Source of the DNA: Escherichia virus KFS-EC3
Reading direction: 5' to 3' (one strand)
DNA length: 64,000 nucleotides
Sequence record: MZ065353.1
Shown: positions 51,813-60,055 of the stretch, piece after piece
Layout: every line of letters starts with the position of its first letter
How positions within the stretch are numbered: the first letter of the stretch is position 1
The notes under the pieces: generated by a model
What the model saw: only the letters and a program-made list of their open reading frames with translations
The model's database searches: none
What the model was told of the DNA's origin: nothing
Translations under genes and position numbers: made by a program

Positions 51813-51842
51813 GGCCCTTCCTTTTTGGTTGGGCCTTTTTTA
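51813..51842 (+). terminator. intrinsic terminator ending the uvsY operon
   Basis: GGCCC ... GGGCC stem followed by TTTTTT. Confidence 0.6.
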
Positions 51843-51844
51843 AT

Positions 51845-52075
51845 TTAAAAGCTTTCTTCTACTTCATCGTCTGAATCTTCTAATTCAGCTCTTTTTCCTG
51901 CCAAAGCATCTCTCACAGAGATGTCATCAGTATCTTTTAATTCAGTTTCTTTAACTCTTTTCTTATAATAAGCTTCAAGTTCTTCTAGACCTTCTAATGT
52001 TTGGCAAGAGGCAATTTTACCCATAAATTCATCAATAGAAGCTTCATAAAGAAATTGTTTAAATTCTAGTAACAT
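51845..52075 (-). CDS. uvsW.1: UvsW.1
   Basis: 76 aa from the ATG with GGAG RBS (T4 UvsW.1 is 76 aa); track start 52087 is a TTG extension. Confidence 0.7.
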   Translation of the reverse strand: MLLEFKQFLYEASIDEFMGKIASCQTLEGLEELEAYYKKRVKETELKDTDDISVRDALAGKRAELEDSDDEVEESF

Positions 52076-52087
52076 CTTTTTCTCCAA

Positions 52088-52099
52088 AGGGCCGAAGCC
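52088..52099 (-). other. C(UUCG)G tetraloop hairpin between HNH gene and uvsW.1
   Basis: GGGC-UUCG-GCCC on minus strand just upstream of the uvsW.1 RBS. Confidence 0.5.
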
Positions 52100-52100
52100 C

Positions 52101-52793
52101 TTATAAATTAACTGTTTTTCTAAGTATTCTTAGTTTGTACATTGATAATCCAGTAGCTTTAGAAGCATCTTTCATACATTTATACTTAACACCATTTACT
52201 TCTATAGGTTTAGCAGCTGGGTTATTAGCTCCTGAATTATCTGGCATATTATCTTTAATTTTCTGAATAGATTTAGCGGAATGTTTCCTTCCATACATGC
52301 CATTATTTTTACCTGATTGATTGATAGAATGCAATCTTTTAGCTTCTTCAGTCCATTTTGTTGGGTTCATTCTTTTAGTTTTACTAATTTTACTTCCCCA
52401 TGTAATTGGACGATTTTTCATGAGTTTTGACATATATTGTTTATGTTCTTCCGTATGGTGTTTTCCGTAAAATGGATTACCTTCACCTGATTGAAGTTCT
52501 GCCATTTTACGACGTTCCCAGGCGTAAGATTTATTAACGTGTCTTTCATGAGTCTTTGAATTCATCCCCATACATATAACGGCTTTAATTATACCGTAAT
52601 GGTTTGGATGAATTTTAGCTAAAAGTTTATGAGCTATAAAATGCTCTTCAGCTGTTAGTTCTACCAAATTACACTTATCATCTGTACCGCCCATACATCT
52701 AGGAATTATATGATGAGTTTCAGTGTATCCATTAAGGCGAGCCCGATTCTGGGCTCTATTAATTAAATTATCGTATATTAATTTATAATTCAA
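52101..52793 (-). CDS. HNH homing endonuclease (free-standing) with TTG start
   Basis: 230 aa; HHIIPRCMGG ... NLVELTAEEHFIAHK HNH motif; repeated G-x-N-x-x-Y/F-G-K/R motifs; start codon TTG overlaps uvsW stop with AAGAGG SD upstream. Confidence 0.85.
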   Translation of the reverse strand: MNYKLIYDNLINRAQNRARLNGYTETHHIIPRCMGGTDDKCNLVELTAEEHFIAHKLLAKIHPNHYGIIKAVICMGMNSKTHERHVNKSYAWERRKMAELQSGEGNPFYGKHHTEEHKQYMSKLMKNRPITWGSKISKTKRMNPTKWTEEAKRLHSINQSGKNNGMYGRKHSAKSIQKIKDNMPDNSGANNPAAKPIEVNGVKYKCMKDASKATGLSMYKLRILRKTVNL

Positions 52794-54298
52794 AGTTTAA
52801 CCTCTTTCATCACATAATTAAACTTCTCATCAGCATAACGCTGAATACGATCAAGTCCATGTTTTAAAAGATAGTTTAAATGCGAGTATTTTTTAGAAGA
52901 TGTTTTTGATTTAGAAACTACGCCCGCGTCATCTATGAGGTCCCAGACCGTTGCGATTGTTTTAGAACCATGCTTACGTAATACGCGACCTATTGTTTGC
53001 AATACAATAATTTTAGATTTAACACCGTGTGCTAAAACAACGTGATGCAGATTTTTAACTGAAATGCCAGTAGAAAATACACCATAACTAGCTACTATAA
53101 TTATTCCTTTACCGTTTTCAGCTAAGGTTTTCATTATATTGCGGGTTTCGGTATCAACTTCCCCTGATACGTAATAAACTTTATCGTATTCATTTTTAAT
53201 TAAATCGAAAATAGCTTTACCATGTGATACATGCTTAAACATGACAAAAGCGTTTTCATCTTTTTGCGCAAGCTTAATAGCTAATTTAGCGATCCATTTA
53301 TTTCTTTTACTGAGTCCAGTAATAATTTTTATTTCTTCTTGGTAAGTTTTTCCCTTTAATTTAGTAGTGAACTCATCGGGATAGCGAAGAAAAATACTAT
53401 TAATTTTTAACTCAGTTACTTGTCCATCTTCCATTAATTTAGAAGTCGTTACTGGCTTAAATATTTCACCGAACATTCCAACATACTGCATGATATTAGC
53501 TTTGCCATCACGTAATGAACCAGACAAACCGAATTTGAACATGCAGTTATTTAAACCTGATATGATAGATGAAATACTTTTTCCTGTGGCAAGATGGCAT
53601 TCATCATTCATCATCATTCCAAACTGTGAGAACCATTCTTTCGGTTGTTTTACTACAGTTTGCCATGTACCAACAACGACTGGTGCATCATTTTTATATT
53701 TATCATCTTTTGATGCTCCACCGCCGATTTTCTTTATCATTGCATGACTGAATAAACGATAGTCAACAAAGTCATCAGCCATCTGAGTTGTCAGAGCAGT
53801 TGTTGGAACAATGATAAGAATTTTACCTTCATAATTTTCCAAATAATAACGTGCAAGCAAAGCTTGAATTAAGGATTTACCTGCAGATGTTGGAAGATTA
53901 AGAATTCTACGACGATTAACTAATCCTTCGAACACTGCATCTTTTTGATACCAATGCGGTTCAATTCTTTTATTTCCTGAATAGATTTCTAATTTAGAAA
54001 GCCATTCATCAAAATCTTTTCTTGATAATTCTTCTTTTTCGTTAATCTGTGGGTCAATCCAGGCTTTATAGCCAAAGTTATCACAGAACTTTTTAATTTG
54101 CCCGACTAAGCCGAATGGAAGAAGACGATTATAATCTAAAAGACGGATTCGTCCATCCCAGTTGCCATATCTGAAGCGAGGATTAAACCTATATCCATCG
54201 GCCTCAAACGAAAAGAAATCTCTTAATTCGTGGAACGTGCTCTCTTCACAATCGATGCGTACATGACTGAAGTCGTGAAAATGTACTTTAATATCCAT
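52790..54298 (-). CDS. uvsW: UvsW DNA/RNA helicase
   Basis: 502 aa; Walker A PTSAGKS and DECH box. Confidence 0.95.
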   Translation of the reverse strand: MDIKVHFHDFSHVRIDCEESTFHELRDFFSFEADGYRFNPRFRYGNWDGRIRLLDYNRLLPFGLVGQIKKFCDNFGYKAWIDPQINEKEELSRKDFDEWLSKLEIYSGNKRIEPHWYQKDAVFEGLVNRRRILNLPTSAGKSLIQALLARYYLENYEGKILIIVPTTALTTQMADDFVDYRLFSHAMIKKIGGGASKDDKYKNDAPVVVGTWQTVVKQPKEWFSQFGMMMNDECHLATGKSISSIISGLNNCMFKFGLSGSLRDGKANIMQYVGMFGEIFKPVTTSKLMEDGQVTELKINSIFLRYPDEFTTKLKGKTYQEEIKIITGLSKRNKWIAKLAIKLAQKDENAFVMFKHVSHGKAIFDLIKNEYDKVYYVSGEVDTETRNIMKTLAENGKGIIIVASYGVFSTGISVKNLHHVVLAHGVKSKIIVLQTIGRVLRKHGSKTIATVWDLIDDAGVVSKSKTSSKKYSHLNYLLKHGLDRIQRYADEKFNYVMKEVKL

Positions 54299-54300
54299 AA

Positions 54301-54918
54301 TTATGCCTTACTAAATTTGCCTTTAGAATCTCTTTTCATGAGACGACCTTTAATAAATCCGTCGGGAATAATACCGTCTGGTTGTATTAATTTATTTATT
54401 GCGCCATTATTGACCCAAAAAGTTCCTGTTGTAGTCGGTTTGACTTTACATCCTTTTCTGGACTTTCTATTAGGATGAACCATCCCTTTTACAAATCCTT
54501 CTGGAACAAGTTCTCCAGGCTTAATAAAAATATTTTTAGTTCCATTAGTGTAACAAGTTGTACCTAATACCGTGCCCGGTGAGTTTTCAAATCTCTTAGC
54601 GGAAGATTCTTTCATCTTTGCTATAACCTCTGTAGTCATAACAATTCCACCAATTCCACCAGGTTTCATATTATAATAATTTTTGCTTTTTATCAGTTCA
54701 GGAGTTATAATTTCTTCTTCATACATGTACGCTTCTTCGGAAGTTTTAAACTCTTTTAGTATTTTTCTAGAGAAATTGTTTTCACCATATTTCTTTATAG
54801 CCTGCTGAATTGCCTTACCGGAACCAAGGTAGCCATCATTCAGGTCGTCAGTAGAGTGCTTTCCTATATACTTTTTACCATTTATTAGATTTGTTGTTTC
54901 GTATACAAAGTGGTACAT
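54301..54918 (-). CDS. segE: GIY-YIG homing endonuclease, SegE-like
   Basis: 205 aa; N-terminal YHFVYETTNLINGKKYIGK GIY-YIG motif; position between uvsW and inh as recalled for T4 segE. Confidence 0.8.
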   Translation of the reverse strand: MYHFVYETTNLINGKKYIGKHSTDDLNDGYLGSGKAIQQAIKKYGENNFSRKILKEFKTSEEAYMYEEEIITPELIKSKNYYNMKPGGIGGIVMTTEVIAKMKESSAKRFENSPGTVLGTTCYTNGTKNIFIKPGELVPEGFVKGMVHPNRKSRKGCKVKPTTTGTFWVNNGAINKLIQPDGIIPDGFIKGRLMKRDSKGKFSKA

Positions 54919-54946
54919 ACTATTTTCCGAGTAATAAATATATCTA

Positions 54947-54954
54947 TATTTATA
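54947..54954 (-). promoter_or_regulatory. late promoter TATAAATA upstream of the Seg-like gene
   Basis: Exact TATAAATA on minus strand 29 nt before the start. Confidence 0.6.
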
Positions 54955-54967
54955 CTGAGGAAATATT

Positions 54968-55648
54968 ATGATAGATAAAGATTATATTGCAGAGCTGAAG
55001 GCTCTTGATGATAATAAAGAAGCTAAAGCTAAATTAGCTGAATATGCTGAACAGTTTGGTATAAAGGTCAAAAAGAATAAATCTTTTGATAATATCGTTA
55101 ATGATATTGAAGAAGCCCTCCAGAAGCTCGCTAGTGAACCTATGCCAGAGACTGATGGGTTATCTATTAAAGACTTAATTGATGCTGCTGATGCTGCAGA
55201 CGGATTAAAATATGACGATGAAGAAGTCAATCCAGAGGCAGCACTTCTGATTGATTCTCCGGTTAAATCTGACATTAAAATTGAAGTAGTAGAAACGGAT
55301 AAAATTCCTGAAAATACCGATGTTTTGATTGAAGATACTCCTTTTGTTGAAGAAAAATTCGAGCAGGCTGTAGCTGAGATTATTGAATCTGAAAAGCCGT
55401 CTGTATTTACTCTTCCGGAAAACTTTAGTCCGAATCTTCAGCTGATTGGAAAAAATCCAGGATTCTGCACCGTTCCTTGGTGGATTTACCAGTGGATTGC
55501 TGAAACTCCGGATTGGAAATCTCACCCAACTAGTTTTGAACACGCGTCAGCACACCAAACTTTATTTAGCTTAATTTACTACATTAATCGTGACGGATCA
55601 GTTCTAATTCGTGAAACACGTAATTCTTCTTTCGTAACATTAAAATAA
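54968..55648 (+). CDS. inh: Inh, inhibitor of prohead protease gp21
   Basis: 226 aa, acidic, position upstream of hoc. Confidence 0.8.
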   Translation: MIDKDYIAELKALDDNKEAKAKLAEYAEQFGIKVKKNKSFDNIVNDIEEALQKLASEPMPETDGLSIKDLIDAADAADGLKYDDEEVNPEAALLIDSPVKSDIKIEVVETDKIPENTDVLIEDTPFVEEKFEQAVAEIIESEKPSVFTLPENFSPNLQLIGKNPGFCTVPWWIYQWIAETPDWKSHPTSFEHASAHQTLFSLIYYINRDGSVLIRETRNSSFVTLK

Positions 55649-55657
55649 GGATAACTT

Positions 55658-57076
55658 ATGGCTTTTACAGTTGATATAACTCCTAAAACACCTACTGGAG
55701 TTATAGATCAGACTCAGCAGTTTACTGCTACACCCAGTGGTCAAACTGGAGATGGACCTATTACATATGCTTGGACTGTAGATGATGTTCCACAAGATGG
55801 AGCTGAAGCAACTTTTAGTTATGTACTAAAAGGACCTGCCGGTCAAAAGACTATTAAAGTAGTTGCAACAAACACAGTTCCAGATACTGATGCTGAAACG
55901 GCAGAAGCTACTACAACTATCACAGTTCAAAATAAGACACAGACAACTACCTTAGCTGTAACTCCTAATAGTCCTCCAGAAGGAGTAATCGGAACAGCTG
56001 TTGAATTTACTGCTGCCTTAGCTTCACAGCCATCGGGCGCATCTGCTACGTATCAATGGTACGTAGACGGTTCTCCTGTGGGCGAAGCAACTTCTGCTAC
56101 ATTCAATTACACTCCTTCCACAAGCGGAGTTAAAACAATTAAGTGTGTAGCTCAAGTAACCGCGACAGATTATGATGCAAAGGAAGTTACTTCTAATGAA
56201 GTGTCACTGACTGTTAATAAAAAGACGCAGACAACTACCTTGACAGTAACTCCTGATAGTCCTCCAGCAGGAGTTATTGGAACCCCAGTTCAATTTACTG
56301 CTACCTTGGCTTCTCAACCTGATGGAGCGTCTGCCACGTATCAGTGGTATGTAGATGATTCACAAGTTGGTGGAGAAACTAACTCTACATTTAACTATAC
56401 TCCAACTACAAGTGGAGTAAAAAGAATTAAATGCGTAGCTCAAGTAACAGCGACAGATTACGATACAAAAGAAGTTACTTCTAATGAAGTGTCATTGACA
56501 GTTAATAAGAAAACAATGAATCCACAGGTTACATTGACTCCTCCTTCTATTAATGTTCAGCAAGATGCTTCGGCTACATTTACTGCTAACGTTACGGATG
56601 CTCCGGAAGAAGCGCAAATTACTTATTCATGGAAGAAAGATTCTTCTCCTGTAGAAGGGTCAACTAATGTATACACTGTTGATACATCATCTATTGGAAG
56701 TCAAACTATTGAAGTTACTGCAACTATTACTGCAACTGATTACGATAGCAAAACTATTACAGCAGAAGGTCAAGTTCAGGTAACTGATAAAGTTGCTCCA
56801 GAACCAGAAGGTGAACTACCTTATGTTCATCCTCTTCCACATCGTACTTCAGCTTACATCTGGTGCGGATGGTGGGTTATGGATGAAATCCAAAAAATGA
56901 CTGAAGAAGGTAAAGATTGGAAAACTGAAGATCCAGATAGTAAATACTACCTGCATCGTTACACTCTTCAGAAGATGATGAAAGACTATCCAGAAGTTGA
57001 TGTTCAAGAATCGCGTAATGGATACATCATTCATAAAACTGCTTTAGAAACTGGTATTATCTATACCTATCCATAA
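55658..57076 (+). CDS. hoc: Hoc outer capsid decoration protein with four Ig-like domains
   Basis: 472 aa; repeated about 96-aa Ig-like modules plus C-terminal capsid-binding region. Confidence 0.9.
   Translation: MAFTVDITPKTPTGVIDQTQQFTATPSGQTGDGPITYAWTVDDVPQDGAEATFSYVLKGPAGQKTIKVVATNTVPDTDAETAEATTTITVQNKTQTTTLAVTPNSPPEGVIGTAVEFTAALASQPSGASATYQWYVDGSPVGEATSATFNYTPSTSGVKTIKCVAQVTATDYDAKEVTSNEVSLTVNKKTQTTTLTVTPDSPPAGVIGTPVQFTATLASQPDGASATYQWYVDDSQVGGETNSTFNYTPTTSGVKRIKCVAQVTATDYDTKEVTSNEVSLTVNKKTMNPQVTLTPPSINVQQDASATFTANVTDAPEEAQITYSWKKDSSPVEGSTNVYTVDTSSIGSQTIEVTATITATDYDSKTITAEGQVQVTDKVAPEPEGELPYVHPLPHRTSAYIWCGWWVMDEIQKMTEEGKDWKTEDPDSKYYLHRYTLQKMMKDYPEVDVQESRNGYIIHKTALETGIIYTYP
55934..56509 (+). 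repeat. tandem duplication of a 288-bp Ig-like domain unit within hoc
   Basis: Two consecutive 96-aa units differ at about 16 of 96 residues by eye. Confidence 0.85.
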
Positions 57077-57081
57077 TCATA

Positions 57082-57107
57082 GGGGCTTCGGCCCCTTTCT
57101 TCATTTT
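57082..57107 (+). terminator. intrinsic terminator after hoc (GGGGC-UUCG-GCCCC + T-rich)
   Basis: UUCG tetraloop hairpin followed by TTTCTTCATTTT. Confidence 0.65.
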
Positions 57108-57164
57108 GAAAGCACACAAAACACAATCGGAAAACGATGTATATAATGGCACCAACTCGATAAC

Positions 57165-57380
57165 ATGAGATTGATTATGAGAACTGAGGTTGTGGTGTTT
57201 ACACTCCATGAGTCTGGAAAGTCATTCATTGAAATTGCTCGTGAATTGAACTTACAGGCAAAGGAAGTGGCTGTATTATGGGCTCGAGCTATGACTGCTA
57301 AGAATAAATTTGAGACTCGAGAAAAAGTTGTCTATAGAAAAAGACATATTAATAAAAAGGTGAAAAATGGAACAGTATGA
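57165..57380 (+). CDS. hypothetical small protein with helix-turn-helix-like segment (24.3 position)
   Basis: 71 aa; SFIEIARELNLQAKEV resembles an HTH. Confidence 0.5.
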   Translation: MRLIMRTEVVVFTLHESGKSFIEIARELNLQAKEVAVLWARAMTAKNKFETREKVVYRKRHINKKVKNGTV

Positions 57381-57645
57381 TCTTTATGAAAATGAATCTT
57401 TTGCTAATCGATTACGCGAAAAAGCACTTAAAAGTAAACAGTTTAAGCTAGAGTGTTTTATTAAAGATTTTTCGGAACTTGCTAATAAAGCAGCTGAACA
57501 AGGTAAAACATATTTTAGTTATTATTGTACTGCTCGCGATAAATTGATTACTGAAGAAATTGGTGATTGGCTGAGAAAAGAAGGATTTAGCTTTAAAGTC
57601 AATAGTGATCAGCGTGATGGTGATTGGTTAGAAATTACATTTTGA
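57367..57645 (+). CDS. hypothetical protein (24.2 position)
   Basis: 92-aa ORF. Confidence 0.55.
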   Translation: MEQYDLYENESFANRLREKALKSKQFKLECFIKDFSELANKAAEQGKTYFSYYCTARDKLITEEIGDWLRKEGFSFKVNSDQRDGDWLEITF

Positions 57646-57654
57646 GGATTAATT

Positions 57655-58659
57655 ATGTTTAAAAAGTATAGCAGTCTTGAAAATCATTACAACTCTAAAT
57701 TTATTGAAAAACTTTACAGTTTAGGATTGACTGGCGGCGAATGGGTAGCTCGTGAAAAGATTCATGGCACAAATTTCTCACTGATTATTGAACGCGATAA
57801 AGCAACTTGTGCTAAACGTACTGGACCGATTCTTCCTGCTGAAGATTTCTTTGGGTATGAAATTATTCTAAAGAATTATGCTGATTCCATTAAAGCAGTA
57901 CAAGATATTATGGAAACTTCAGCGGTTGTATCTTATCAAGTCTTTGGCGAATTCGCTGGACCTGGCATTCAGAAGAATGTCGATTATGGCGATAAAGATT
58001 TTTATGTATTTGACATTATTGTTACTACCGAAAGTGGTGATGTGACTTATGTCGATGATTATATGATGGAATCATTCTGTAATACATTTAAATTTAAAAT
58101 GGCTCCACTTTTAGGTCGCGGTAAATTTGAAGAGCTTATTAAATTGCCAAACGATTTAGATTCTGTCGTTCAAGATTATAATTTTACAGTAGACCATGCT
58201 GGATTAGTTGATGCAAATAAATGCGTTTGGAATGCCGAAGCAAAAGGCGAAGTATTTACCGCTGAAGGTTATGTATTGAAACCTTGCTATCCTTCTTGGA
58301 TGCCTAATGGCAATCGCGTAGCGATTAAATGCAAGAACTCTAAATTTAGTGAAAAGAAAAAGTCTGATAAGCCTATTAAAGCTAAAGTTGAACTGTCAGA
58401 AGCTGATAACAAATTGGTGGGAATTTTAGCTTGTTACGTTACACTGAACCGAGTAAATAACGTTATTTCTAAAATTGGCGAAATTGGTCCGAAGGATTTT
58501 GGAAAGGTGATGGGACTAACTGTTCAAGATATTTTGGAAGAAACTTCTCGTGAAGGTATTACTCTAACTCAAGCGGATAATCCTTCTTTGATTAAAAAGG
58601 AATTAGTTAAAATGGTACAAGATGTACTTCGTCCAGCTTGGATTGAATTGGTAAGTTAA
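57655..58659 (+). CDS. rnlB: RNA ligase 2
   Basis: 334 aa; adenylation lysine motif EKIHGTN; T4 Rnl2 length. Confidence 0.95.
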   Translation: MFKKYSSLENHYNSKFIEKLYSLGLTGGEWVAREKIHGTNFSLIIERDKATCAKRTGPILPAEDFFGYEIILKNYADSIKAVQDIMETSAVVSYQVFGEFAGPGIQKNVDYGDKDFYVFDIIVTTESGDVTYVDDYMMESFCNTFKFKMAPLLGRGKFEELIKLPNDLDSVVQDYNFTVDHAGLVDANKCVWNAEAKGEVFTAEGYVLKPCYPSWMPNGNRVAIKCKNSKFSEKKKSDKPIKAKVELSEADNKLVGILACYVTLNRVNNVISKIGEIGPKDFGKVMGLTVQDILEETSREGITLTQADNPSLIKKELVKMVQDVLRPAWIELVS

Positions 58660-58666
58660 ATAAAAA

Positions 58667-58692
58667 GGGACCTTTCGGTCCCTTTGTTTTAT
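58667..58692. terminator. bidirectional hairpin terminator between rnlB and gene 24
   Basis: GGGACC-UUUC-GGUCCC flanked by T-run on + and A-run (T-run on minus). Confidence 0.65.
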
Positions 58693-59972
58693 TCATCAAC
58701 GATAATTTTTGGTAGCTTAACGCCTAATAAAACAGACAAATCTGAACGACCCGCCATTTTATCCATGTCTCCACCATCAATTATTCTTGCTTCTTTTTCG
58801 TCTTTTGCTACAGTGTAAGGATTTGCAGATAAAGCATATCTAACCAATAAACCGATAGATGGCTGCAAACTTTCTGGATCAACTACAACTTTAAATGCAC
58901 CTACATGTTCAGGGTCATCTAAGTCAAGACCTTCTGTATACGGAGCATAGAAAATTGATCCGACAATTTCTTTTTCGCCAATATTTTCTACCACGCCAAC
59001 GATTACATAATCTAATGGGCTGTTAGTATCGCAATAAAGCGGTAAACCATTAGCTAAGAACCCATAGGCATTTTGTGAAAGATATTTATCATCTTCTGGT
59101 TTATGTTTTAACCAACCTGATGCAGCAAGAATCGCAGCGGCACGAGCTGAAGCAACACAGAACGTTGCTGTATAAGTTGATTCTTTTTGGATATGCGAAA
59201 CCATTTCACACACCATTCGGTATAATGAACGACCAGCTTCAGGTGCAGATGCATAACTCAAATCAATGAATCCAGTATCAGTAATTCCTGTAACTTTATA
59301 GCGTTTTGACACTGTAATCAAAGACTGTAGAATATCTTTATTGATTTCATCCGCCATTTCAGTTGCAAGCAAATCTTCCAAGAAATTAGGAGCATCGAAT
59401 CCATTTGCTTCTAAATCTTGTGCTAATTCAACTGTAATGCCAGTTTTAAGTTTACGAGATTTAACTGCGGTTTGCCATTTATTAATCTGGAATCTAGCAT
59501 CAGCAATTTCGCTATCAGAGCTTTCAAATTTGCTCGTTGACGCTGCGTCAGAAAATAGACGAACCTTTAAAAGAACAATTGCAATCTGAAGAGCTAGTTC
59601 TAAATCGCTTTCTTCAATGGTAGCAAATGGTGTATCTTCTAATACTTTATAAACGATATTATTATATTTGAATAAATCGCCTTTATTGAGAGTTAATTTA
59701 GACTCTTCTGTTAATTCTGTGATTTGTTCTCGGTCTACATACCCAGCTTCGCCAGCGTAAGTAGCACCAGTTTTAAATGTAAATTCATTATCTGGGTTAA
59801 GGTATTTGATACCATAAAAAGCAGCAACAGGTTGATTAGTTCTTTGCGTTGCTACAATGTCAGAATATATTAATTTAGTGGTAGCGCGAGTCAAAGCAAC
59901 GAGATTTGGGCGACCGATTGAGTTGCTATTCGTTGTGGTTGATTCGCGCAGAAGTTCGTTGATTTTAGCCAT
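58689..59972 (-). CDS. 24: gp24 head vertex protein
   Basis: 427 aa, paralog of gp23. Confidence 0.95.
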   Translation of the reverse strand: MAKINELLRESTTTNSNSIGRPNLVALTRATTKLIYSDIVATQRTNQPVAAFYGIKYLNPDNEFTFKTGATYAGEAGYVDREQITELTEESKLTLNKGDLFKYNNIVYKVLEDTPFATIEESDLELALQIAIVLLKVRLFSDAASTSKFESSDSEIADARFQINKWQTAVKSRKLKTGITVELAQDLEANGFDAPNFLEDLLATEMADEINKDILQSLITVSKRYKVTGITDTGFIDLSYASAPEAGRSLYRMVCEMVSHIQKESTYTATFCVASARAAAILAASGWLKHKPEDDKYLSQNAYGFLANGLPLYCDTNSPLDYVIVGVVENIGEKEIVGSIFYAPYTEGLDLDDPEHVGAFKVVVDPESLQPSIGLLVRYALSANPYTVAKDEKEARIIDGGDMDKMAGRSDLSVLLGVKLPKIIVDE

Positions 59973-59999
59973 TGCGCTTTCCTTTTGGTTTATATGATT

Positions 60000-60007
60000 T
60001 ATTTATA
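60000..60007 (-). promoter_or_regulatory. late promoter TATAAATA upstream of gene 24
   Basis: Exact TATAAATA 28 nt before the gene 24 start. Confidence 0.65.
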
Positions 60008-60010
60008 CCA

Positions 60011-60040
60011 TAAAAACAACTAAAGGGACCCGAAGGTCCC
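60011..60040 (-). terminator. hairpin terminator after gene 23 (GGGACC-UUCG-GGUCCC)
   Basis: UUCG tetraloop hairpin followed by U-rich tract on minus strand. Confidence 0.6.
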
Positions 60041-60055
60041 TTAAATCGTCAAAGA

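Noticed and set aside
54982-55543. Minus-strand track ORFs 54982-55275 and 55205-55543
   Set aside because: Antisense to inh with no RBS; inh on the plus strand is the supported gene.
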